Source: Phaeosaccion multiseriatum (taxonomy: Eukaryota; Protista; Ochrophyta, other classes). From it: a DNA stretch of 64,000 nucleotides. Shown piece after piece: positions 54,201 through 64,000 of the stretch; position 1 is the first letter of the stretch; every line of letters starts with the position of its first letter. The notes under the pieces are model-generated. The model saw nothing but the letters and a program-made list of their open reading frames with translations. It was not told the origin of the DNA and ran no database searches. The stretch is taken from NCBI GenBank assembly GCA_965112735.1, contig OZ218950.1, positions 1 through 64,000 on the forward strand, written 5' to 3'. The position numbers were made by a program, and so were the translations under genes.

Positions 54201-57200
54201 CCAAGGAGGAGAAGGAGAGGGAGAGGTTGGAGTCACTGCTGGCAGCGGAGGTGGAGAAGGGGAAGCTGGAGCAGGAGGAGAAGGAGCGGCAAGCGAGAGA
54301 CAAGGCGGAAGCGGAGAGGGAACAAGAGGCAGCGAGGGAGGAGGCGACTGCCAGCAAGCAAGCAGCACTGCAAACAGCGCTACAAACGAGGGAACGCGAG
54401 CTGAAGCAGAGCGCCAAGCAGGCCCGGCGCCGTAGTGAGGAGGAGGTGTTGAGGCTGCAGCTCACACTCGAGGCGCTGCAGGCAGAGGAGAAGGCCAAGG
54501 GGGAGGACAGGGACGGGAGGGAGGCCCTGGCAGAGACCAAGAGGAGGGAGCTCGAGGCCAAGCTTCATGAGAGCGAGCAGCAGGTGCGTGTGCGTGTGTG
54601 TTGGTGTGTGTGTGGTGTGCGTAAGTGTGCGCATGCTTGTGTACGTACCTGTTGCGCTCACCCCTCTGTCCATATGCCTGCGTCCTCCGCATGTCAAGTC
54701 TGCTTTTGGTCCTGACCCCTCTGACTCTGCGGCCCCTCTGTCTATACCTGTGTGTGTCTATGCATGTCTGTGTGTGTGCGTGTGTGTGCTCGCGCGTGCC
54801 TCGCGAATCAGGTGGAGGAGCTTCGCGGCTTGGCAAGTAGCACAAACGAGCAGGCTGGCGCCCTCAAAGCGGCCTTGGACAGGCTCGAGGCTCGGGCCGC
54901 CTCGCTGGAGAGGGAAGGGAAAGCCAAGGAGGAGGAGCTCATGAAGGCAAGGCAGGGGGTGGACAAGGGGGAGGAGGCGCTGCGGCTGCTCAGGGAAGAG
55001 CTCAGGGAGGAGAGCGACGCCGCCCGCCAGAGAGGGGCGGAGGCCCAGAGGTGAGGGTGTGTTTGAGAGAGTGTTTGAGAGAGGCATGCAGAGGCGTATG
55101 GGCAGCGGAAGGAGGGCAGAGAGGGCAGAGATGGACAAGAGGGTGCGGTGCTGTGCCGTAGCACCAACTGCTGTGCTGTATCACAAGCTGTTGTGCTGTG
55201 CTGTATCGCTGTATCGCTGTATCGCTGTATCGCTGTATCGCTGTATCAGGTCCCTGGAGGAGACCAAGGCATCACTGGAGGAGGCGAGGGCTTCCGCAGA
55301 GGACGTGTCCGCCAAGTACACCGCTCTGAAGCAGGACAGGCACAAGCTCAAGACCAAGTAAGTGCGCAGCAAGTCTTCGCATTTCACACCTCACACAGGC
55401 TCCCTCTGTCTCTCTCTTCTCTCGCTCCCTCTGTCTCTCTCTTCTCTCTGTCCTCTCCCTCCCTCTCTCTCTCTCTCTCTCCTTGTCTCCCTCTTCCCCT
55501 CTCTCCTTCTCTCCCGCCCTCTCTCCCCCCTCCCCTTCGCTTTCTCCCTCTCTCCCTGTGCATGAGGGAGCGACTCACTTCACTGACTTACTGACTGTTT
55601 CCTCCCTGACACCAGGTACAACTCTCTGGAAGCTTCCCACCGCAGCGACAGCGCCAAGCTTCACGCCCTGGAGCAGCAGTTGGTGATACAGGAGCAGCAG
55701 CAGCAGCAGTTGGTGATACAGCAGGGGCAGCAGCTGCAGGCCCTCGAGGCAGATGCTCGGCAGGAGCAGTTGGTGATACACGAGCAGCTTGAGGCCGTCA
55801 TCTTGCTCAACGAGCAGCAGGGAGAGGCCCTTGAGGGGAGCAGGAGGGAGGTGGCCGGCTTAGAGGAGGGGGCGGAGAGGGGAGCAAAGGAGAGGAGGGC
55901 GCTGACGGCGCGGCTGCAGGGGGCCGAGCACGAGAGTCAAGAGCTCAAGAGGGCAATCAAGGAGGATAGGGAGGAGAAGGAGAGGCTGCAGGGGGTGTTG
56001 CAGAGTGAGAGGGAGGAGAGGAAGGAGAGGGAGAGGGAGGCCGCGGAGGGGGAGGCAGCGCGGGCGCAGCAGTTGGTGGTACAGGAAGAGCAGCTCAGAG
56101 CCAAGGAGAGCGAGCTGCAGGAGTGCGAAGGTGAGCAGTAAGGTGAAGGCTTGGCGCCTTCTTTTTTACTTGTTATTGGGCATGAGTGGGTCTTGTTGGG
56201 CATGGGGGGGGGTAGAAAGGGGAGAGGGCAGAGCGCTTGACGGGAGGGGAGGGGAGAAGGCCTTTTGCTTCACTCCTCATTCCTCCTCTATCACCAACCC
56301 TACCCACGGTGTATCACCAACTGCCTGCCCTAACCTGCCCGTACTTAGGAGTCATCGCGGAGCTCTCTGCGCAGCTGCAGGCAGCCAAGGCCGACGCCGA
56401 GATTGCGGTAAGCAAAAGTGTCACAGAGGGTGTGCCATCGGCTGCCATCGGCTGCCTTCGGGTGTGTTCTACTCCCATAGAGTGCGGGGGGCTCGACTTG
56501 AGTTTTTTATATATACACTCTTACGTTCTCTATTGCACTCTCTTTCGTTCTTGTCTTCTCACCAATGCGGACCGTGACAGGCCAACGACATCTGTGACTC
56601 GGAGAGCATTCACGAGACGCTGGCCAAGCGGGAAGCTGCCCTCGCGCAGAGGGTTCTCAACAAGGACAAGTATGTGGTTTCTGGACAGAGAGGGACAGAG
56701 ATGCTATTGCCTCCTCTATGTGGTTTCTGGACAATGGGTTGGTGATACAGTATTGCCTCCTCTATGTGGTTTCTGGACAATGGGTTGGTGATACAGTATT
56801 GCCTCCTCTATGTGGTTTCTGGACAATGGGTTGGTGATACAGTATTGCCTCCTCTATGTGGTTTCTGGACAATGGGTTGGTGATACAGTATTGCCTCCTC
56901 TATGTAGTTTCTGGACAGAGGGTTGGTGATACAGTATTGCCTCCTCTTTGTGGTTTCTGGACAGAGGGTTGGTGATACAGTATTGCCTCCTCTATGTGGT
57001 TTCTGGACAATGGGTTGGTGATACAGTATTGCCTCCTCTATATGGTTTCTGGACAATGGGTTGGTGATACAGTATTGCCTCCTCTATGTGGTTTCTGGAC
57101 AATGGGTTGGTGATACAGTATTGCCTCCTCTATGTGGTTTCTGGACAATAGGTTGGTGATACAGTATTGCCTCCTCTATGTGGTTTCTGGACAAGGGGTT

Positions 57201-58686
57201 GGTGATATTGCCCCCTCTATGTGGTTTCTGGACAGAGGGTTGGTGATACAGTATTGCCTCCTCTCCCCTCCCCTCAAAGCGCGCGCGTTTCTCTCTCTCT
57301 CAAAACTCGACCCCTATCTCTAAACTCGACCCCTAACCCTAAACTCGACCCCTAACTCTAAACTCGACCCCTAACTCTAAACTCGACCCCTCACAGAGAG
57401 CTCGGATTGGAGCGTGGCCGCGTCGTGTCTCTCCAGAGCGCAGTGCACAGCGCAGAGCACGAGCTCGAGATTGCCAAGCAAAGGGGGAGGCAGCAGGAGG
57501 CGGACAAGCAGCAAGGGGAGCGCCAAGCAGCGAGGCTCAAGCAGGAGGTGAGGGAGGGGGGTGAGGGGGTGAGGGGGTGAGGGGGTGAGGGGGTAAGGGG
57601 CGGGAGGTTTGGTTGCTTCAGTCATTGCTTTAGTCCCTTGGTGCTTCAGTCATTGCTTTAGTCCCTTGGTGCTTCGGCGACTTCCGGGAGTTGTGCCCGC
57701 CCAGCTCAGCTGTGGTAAGCTGTGGCCAGCTGTGATCAGCTGTGGTCAGCTGTGATCAGCTGTGGTCAGCTCAGGCATTGGACTTGTCTCACGTGCCCTC
57801 TATTTGCTCATGCGCGCGCGTTTGCGTGTGTGTGTGTGTGTGTGCGTGCGTGTGTGTGTGTGTATGTGTATGTGAGCGCGCAGGCCACCAAGCTGCGCGA
57901 GGAAGTACGGAGTTTGCGCTTTGAGAATATGAAGAGCGCTAGCGACTGCGCCGAAGCCAAGGTCAGGAAGGGCAGACATGATGGGATGGCACCCCGTGGC
58001 GGGGCGAGGGGTCCGATTTATAGACACTTCTCTCTCTAGTCCCCCTGTATATCGGTCTTTTTTCTCCTCCTGTCCCTCTGTATCTCAGTCTCGCCCTCTC
58101 TCCCCTCACTCTCTCTTCTCCTTCTCCCTTTTTGCTGTCTCTCCCTCCCTCTCTCCCTTCCCCTCCCCCCCTCCCTCTCCTCCTCTGTCGCTGCTCCGGA
58201 CTGCCCCCCCCCCCCTCCCCCAGGCCCTTCTCGAGCAGCAGACTGCAAAGAGCGCACGACTTGCCGCCAGCCTGTTGGACGTGAAGCGCGACCGCCAGAA
58301 AGGGCTCGACCTCGTGAGTATCGATGTGTTGGGCTTTCTTTCAACTTTCTTCTGTAACTGACACTGTAACTGACACTGCCTCTCAAACAGGTGATGCACA
58401 CGTTCAAGGCCAACCACCGGCGCTTAGCGGACTCCCCCGTGGCCACGGTCATGCTAGACTACCTGGAGGGCAGGGGAGGGGGGCAGGGGGGGGGGCAGGG
58501 GGGTCAGGGGGGTGAGGGGCAAAGGCTCGGTGAAGACGACGCCACCCCGACTGCCACCCCTCCTCCCCCGCCAGCCACTGCAGCAGTTGGTGGTACAGCA
58601 GTGCGTGGTATAGGGGGCTACGGACAGAGCAAGGGCTTCTTCGTAGGAGGGGAGGGGGGGGGGGGGGCGTCTCTCACGGGAGGAGA

Positions 58687-58724
<38 letters not shown>

Positions 58725-58897
58725 CGGGGGCCAGAGTGGCAGCAGAAGTGGGAGCAGCAGGAGGGAGAGCGGCGCCGAGAAGATGGCAGCACACGAGCAC
58801 GAGGGACAGTCATATGGGCAGGGGCAGGAGGAGCAGGAGCAGCGGTAGCGAAGGGCCATTCCCCCTTAAATCAATCCTTACTACTTCGACAGTTTAA
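46256..58897 (+). CDS. Kinesin with N-terminal motor domain and very long coiled-coil tail; >20 exons
   Basis: VRVAVRVRP, FDQVWGPESTQEDVF, AYGSTGSGKTHT (P-loop), YVEIYN, NDRSSRSH, IIDLAGSER and VPYRNSKLTHLLKDSLGGN, followed by E/R/Q/A-rich heptad exons. Stop TAA ends at 58897. One apparent frameshift at the G10 run 50124-50133. Confidence 0.93.
50776..51058. repeat. 8-bp intronic repeat GACTTACG/GACTTACT
   Basis: About 35 units fill a kinesin intron up to the acceptor at ~51073. Confidence 0.9.
53113..53192. repeat. 40-bp TCGA-rich tandem duplication in a kinesin intron
   Basis: TCGATGTCGATGTCGATA(G/T)TCTTATCATCGATAGCCAA x2, starting at 53113 and 53153. Confidence 0.9.
56671..57264. repeat. 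46-bp intronic minisatellite (~12 copies) containing the GTTGGTGATACAG motif
   Basis: Unit TATTGCCTCCTCTATGTGGTTTCTGGACAATGGGTTGGTGATACAG with period 46 (56751, 56797...). It starts right at the GTATGT splice donor. Confidence 0.95.
57302..57391 (+). repeat. 19-bp telomere-like repeat (CTAAACTCGACCCCTAAC[C/T]) x~5 before a splice acceptor
   Basis: Directly visible; includes CCCTAACCCTAAA. Confidence 0.85.
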
Positions 58898-59090
58898 TTA
58901 ATTAAATTAATTTTAAAAAATACAATTCAATATTGAGACTTGTGAGTGTATGTGAGTGTGGTTTTTTTGTTCTAAAGCTAATCAGCTCACCACCTACCTT
59001 CTACACTATTTTCTAAGTACGATCTAAGTAAGTACGATACTAAATGGTTTTTAACAACCTCCAACTGCGGGCTCCACCTCCTCCCACCCC

Positions 59091-62000
59091 TCATTGCGCG
59101 CCCGCCGCCCCGTCCATATAGCCCTTGAGCTGCGCCTCCAGCCACAGCAGCTTTGGGCGGCAATCAAAGTCGAAGGGGCCCTTCTTGAGACCGAGGGCTC
59201 GGAGGCAGAGGGCGCGGCTCTTGACCAACTGATCGAGGTAGGGCTCGAGGCGGTAGGAGAGGAGAGCACACACGTACAACGCGTGGGGAAGGGCAAAAGC
59301 GAAACGCTTCAGCACCACGTAGGCGCCTGTGTACCGCCCCTCCCCCGCCACGGCACCAGGGGACAGCGGGGTGGCCATCAGCGCATTCATGCCAGACGAG
59401 TTGTCAGCCGAGTCGTCGCCAGCTGCAGACCAGCCCCCCTCCCCTCCCTCCCTGCAAGACTTGTCCCTGAGGGACTGGACGTCCTCCTCCTCCCATCGGG
59501 CGTGCCTGCACACTTGGCGCATCTTGCTGACCGCGGCTTCCAGCATGCCGAGCTTGTACAGCACCAGACCCTGAGGATGGGGAGGCGGGGATGGCAGTGG
59601 ATGGCAGTCGATGGGGGGGGGGGGGTTGGTCTCTCTCTCTTTCCTATGTAACCCTATGTAAGCCAATCACTCACCTCGAAGAAGGCGTGTGCCACAGCGG
59701 CAATACTATGTAACCCTATGTAATGCCTATGTAACCCTATGTAAGCCAATCACTCACCTCGAAGAAGGCGTGTGCCACAGCGGCAATACTATGTAACCCT
59801 ATGTAATGCCTATGTAACCCTATGTAAGCCAATCACTCACCTCGAAGAAGGCGTGTGCCACAGCGGCAATACTATGTAACCCTATCTAATGCCTATGTAA
59901 CCCTATGTAAGCCAATCACTCACCTCGAAGAAGGCGTGTGCCACAGCGGCAATACTATGTAACCCTATGTAACCCTATGTAATGCCTATATGCCCCTTTA
60001 TATTCTTTGTAATGCCTATGTAACCCTAAATAAGGCAATCACTCACCTCGAAGAAGGCGTGTGCCACAGCGGCAATACTATGTAACCCTATGTAACCCTT
60101 TGTAATGCCTATGCAACCCTATTAAGCCTTTGTAATGCCTATGTAACCCTATGTATGCCAATCACTCTCACCTCGAAGAAGGCGTGTGCCACAGCGGCTT
60201 CCCCTCGGCGCTCCCCCTCCACGGACAGCACCACGCGCTCCGGCCCCGGGGGGTGCAGCTGCTCCAGGGGGGCCGGCATGAGCTCCTCCTCGTCCTCGCT
60301 TTCCCCCTTGCCCTCGCCCCTGCCTTTGCTCTTGCCCTCACCGCCAGAGCAGATGTAGGCAAGATCGAGCTCAGCAGAGGGAAAGCTCTGCACCGTTCGC
60401 AGCTGTAGAGCAAAGTAGAGCAGTTGGTGAAACAGAGTAAGGGCAGAGTAGGGTCCGGCAGGGCAGGGCAAATACACACAATACACACTCACCAGGTTGG
60501 CGTGGAAGGCGGGCCCTAGCCCGTTGACGGAGGAGGCGTGGTGGAGATAAATGAACTCGGGCAGCCACAGCTCTTGTCCCTCCTCTCCGCCTGTCAGGTA
60601 CACCGACAGCCTGGCAGCAGATAGGGAGGTAAGTAGGCGGGTGGGGGTTGTTAAAGGAGGGCTGCACACGGGGGAGAGAAGTAGTAGTAAGAAAGAAGGC
60701 CACAGATAAGTCAGTAGAGCCATCCATCCCCTCCCCACGCACCTCCTCCTCAGAGTAGGCCTGCTGACCCCCTCCCTCTTCTCCTCCTGCTGCCGCACCA
60801 CCCCCTCTGCTGCGGCAAAGGCCTGCGTCATGCGGCCCTCGACTCTCCCCGCCCCCATGCCCGCGAGACAGGCGGCGCAGAAGGACGCGGAGGAGCCCAT
60901 GACCCCCTTGGTGTCAGGACGTTCGGACTCCTGCAGTCCCTTGATCACCTGAGGGATGGCAATGGATGGATGGATGGATGGATGGCAGTGGAAAGCAGTG
61001 GATAGGGGGTGGCAGGGAATGAAGATGAAGAGGGTTGGAGTCACAGGGGGAAGTCAAGCACGTGTATACGAAGTAATCAGAAACGGCCCTCAGAAGGGTT
61101 AGGGTTGCATTCACAGTAAGTCAGTGAGGGAGTCACTTGCCTTTGCGAAAAGCTTGCGGGCAGGCTTCCAGTGCTGCAGGAAGAACTTCGCCTGAGCGGC
61201 CTGTGCCGCGGGGGAGGGGGGGGGGGGGTTGATCGAGGCATGATAGAGGCGTACGGAGACGTTACGGGACAAAGGACAGAGAGGGGGTAGCGCAGCCAGC
61301 GGGAGGCAAGAACGAAGAAAGGGAGCGTACAGGCATTTTCCACACAAGCGACTACACTTCCTCGCGAAAGAGAGCCAAGAGACCAGCCCTCAAGGCTTTT
61401 CTCCTCATGGCATGCAAGCACGCACGTCTTACACGCACTCACACGCACTCACTCACCTGAATCATGAGAATCACGGGCACAGGGCTGTTGCGCGGGATGA
61501 GCTTGAGAGCCACATCGCTGTAGGCCTCCGCCTCCGTGTAGGCCTGTCTGAGCTGGCACGACTTTGTCCTCAGCAGCAGAATGAGCGGCGAGGGAGGGTA
61601 TGACCCGTAGAAGGAGTCAAGCACATCTCGGGCACGCTCCATCACCAGGGCGCGTCTACTGCCATCTCCTCCCGCCCCCTGCCCTTGCTGCTCCTTCCCT
61701 GCTCCTCCTCCTCCTGCTGCTGCTGCTGCTGCTGCTCCTGCAGCCTTGGCCTGCTTCTTCTCCTCCCTCACCCTTAGCAGCTGCAGCACACACGCCGCCA
61801 TGGGCCTCCTTACTCCCTTCTGCTGCGCCACCCTGCACAGCAGCAGCACTCCTTTCTCGTACGAGGGCCCTCCGCTGATGCCCATCAGTTGCCCCACCAG
61901 CGGCGCCATTTGTGACGGCAGCAGCCCCGACCCCACATGCATGAGCCCTACAAGGCATGCCGCTTGGTGCAGCACACCCTGCCACGAGTCCACAGCCAGG

Positions 62001-64000
62001 GAGGGGGCCGCTAACTCACAGATGGCACCAGGTGAGTAAGGGCCGCTGCTGCTTGGGCTCTCTCTCGAGCTCCTCCTCTTGCTCTTACTGGACGACGATG
62101 AAGACGATTTTTCTCGCTGTCTTCCTGCTGCTGCTGCTGCTGTTGCTGCTGCTGTTGCTGTATCACCAACTGCTTGCGTTTTGCTGTCCTCTGTGCCCCC
62201 CATCCAGGCCTGCGCCATGGCGGGCGTGACCTTGTCTGCGAGCTTGCCCCTCGCCACCTCTCTTCGCAAGTACTCCCTCACCCTCAGCGGCTCCGGGGCA
62301 CCTTCAGGAGCATTGCCTCCATCGCCAGCTGTGACTCCGTCGCCGTGGGTGGCTGCAGGCCCGTACAGTAGCTTCAGGCTCGCCTCTGCCGCCTTGGGGG
62401 GGGGGGGCTTGCCTGAGTGAGTTTGCGGGTGGGTGGGTGAGTGAGTGGGTGGGTGGGTGGGTGGGTGGGTTAGTGGGTGAGTGAGTGGGTGGGCGGGCGA
62501 GTGAGTTTGCGGGTGGGTGGGTGGGTGGGTGGTGAGCGCCTAAGTGAGTGAGTGAGTGACTGACTGACTAACTAAGTGAGTGAGTGCCCATGTGAATGAG
62601 TGCCCCCAAGTGTGTAAATTCAAACACGACTGAGTGGTTGGTTGGTTTGTTGTTAGTCTGTGAGAACGCCTTGCCTGCTTGAGCTTCCGCCTGAGAGAGT
62701 TCGTGCGCAAAGGGCAAGGGGCGCATCAGATACGCCGCCATGCTCTTGGGGTCCGCCAGGGGCTGAAGCTCCAACTGCTGTACTTTACGGCGGAAGAGCG
62801 AGTCCATGATGGAGGCATCTGCCCTTGCTTGGGTTTGGGCTGAGGTCGGACGCTGCTTGGAGCCGCCCAGGGGTGTCTCCAGCGCCTGAGGGAGTGTGAG
62901 GGAGTGTGAGGGAGTGGTGTTTGGGAGGGGGGGGCAGAACGAACGGAGGCACAAGGCCGGACGAAGAGGAAAGGAAGGGATCAATTAGACTAGCACAGTC
63001 AAGCATGGCGGGAGGAGCCCGACACCAGGCACTGACTGACTGACTGACTGACTGACACCAGGCACTGGCTGACTGACACCAGGCACTGACTGACACCAGG
63101 CACTGACTGACACCAAGCACTGAACTGCCCTCGGTGGCTGCCTCTCCAGGTGGAGATACAGCGTCCTCGCTCCTCCATCCACTGCCATCCCCCCTGACTT
63201 ACTCGGAGGAGGAAGTTGGCGCTCTTGAGGGCCTTCCTGAGTATGCCCACGGCCTTGACGAAGTTGCCCTTGTAGAGGAGCATGACGGCTCGGCAGAAAC
63301 ACGCCTCCATGTCGACAAGCAAGGCTTGTACCTAAAGCAAGCCATAGTTTCAGTTTCAGTATAGTAGAGAGAGAACGTTGTGAGAGAGAGACGGAGAGAG
63401 GGGGGAGGGAGAGAGTCCTACCCAACACGACATCAAGAGTTCCATATCGGAAATCGATATCGAGATTATGCACCTGCAGGGAGGGGGGCCTGGTGTCAGG
63501 ACTGGAGCGGCGGACATGCAGAGCGAGGTTGGAGCAAATCTCAGCTTGCACTTTGGCCCTGTGAGAGGAGAGGAGAGGAGAGGAGAGGGGTGCAGTTCCA
63601 GTCAGCGAGTCAGTCAGTCAGTCAGTCAGTCAGTCAGTCGGCATGCTACACACACACCACAGCACAGCGCACCCCGCCCCCCTCTCCAGTGCCCTCTCCG
63701 GTGCCCCACTACACTGCCTGACTGACTGACTGACTGACTGACTGACTGACTGCCTGACTGAGTGACTGACTGACTGCCTGACTGAGTGACTGACTGACTG
63801 CCTGACTGACTGACTGACTGACTGACTGCCTGACTGAGTGACTGCCTGACTGACTGACTGCCTGACTGACTGCCTGACTGACTGCCTGACAGACTGCCTG
63901 ACAGACTGACGGACCTGTCCACCGAGGGTGGCAAGACGGCCTTGAGCGCCTTGTCCACTCTCTTGAACGCCCCGATGGCCGCATCCACCGCCGCCGCACT
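59091..64000 (-). CDS. TTC39/IML2-family TPR-like protein, 5' end outside the window; multi-exon
   Basis: GNFVKAVGILRKA, GLMHVGSGLLPSQMAPLVGQLMGISG...GVLLL...VRRPMAACVL, ARDVLD...YPPSPLILL, HWKPARKLF, LPEFIYL, PHALY and FDFDCR follow the pattern I recall for TTC39/IML2. Stop TGA at 59093-59091. Confidence 0.65.
59645..60198 (-). repeat. 83-bp intronic repeat that duplicates the upstream exon end plus its 5' splice site (5 extra copies)
   Basis: GCCGCTGTGGCACACGCCTTCTTCGAG|GTGAG on the - strand occurs at the true junction (~60168-60198) and again at ~60043, 59920, 59837, 59754 and 59671, separated by (TAACCCTATG)-like spacers. Confidence 0.93.

Larger units (their letters stand above)
16425..62172. 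other. Dispersed 15-bp DNA motif CAGTTGGTGATACAG (both strands; exons, introns and UTR)
   Basis: Exact copies at 50331, 53792, 53901, 55677, 55707 (+) and 62158 (-), plus ~17 copies with 1-2 mismatches (listed in findings). Confidence 0.9.

Noticed and set aside
13365-63999. Hundreds of short overlapping and antisense ORFs
   Set aside because: Shadows of GC-rich real exons and simple repeats; no recognisable domains.
1-64000. Autonomous transposons, telomeric retroelements, tRNA/rRNA genes, introner families
   Set aside because: No transposase, reverse transcriptase or recombinase motifs, no recognisable structural RNA genes, and introns do not share long sequence with each other as far as can be seen by eye.

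Overview
This window is the left end of a eukaryotic chromosome. It opens with ~7.17 kb of (CCCTAA)n telomere, followed by a ~6.2 kb subtelomeric 42-bp satellite that is interrupted by a 246-bp TIR element with no target-site duplication. A gene-dense, GC-rich, intron-rich region follows with about ten genes: a plastid-targeted methyltransferase, an EFHC/Rib72-like DM10 protein, a putative plastid protein, a Tubby-like protein, an aldo-keto reductase, a C2CD3-like protein, a CDT1-like protein, a Nudix hydrolase, a large kinesin and a partial TTC39/IML2-like gene. Bipartite signal+AF targeting and flagellar genes suggest a flagellated ochrophyte (stramenopile) alga (inference). The most striking unexplained signal is a 15-bp motif, CAGTTGGTGATACAG. 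It occurs over 20 times, on both strands, in introns, in a UTR and inside exons of five genes in three different reading frames (QLVIQ, AVGDT, VSPT), so it behaves as a DNA-level signal written over coding sequence. Gene identities come from motifs recognised by eye and exon boundaries were read manually; no database searches were run.
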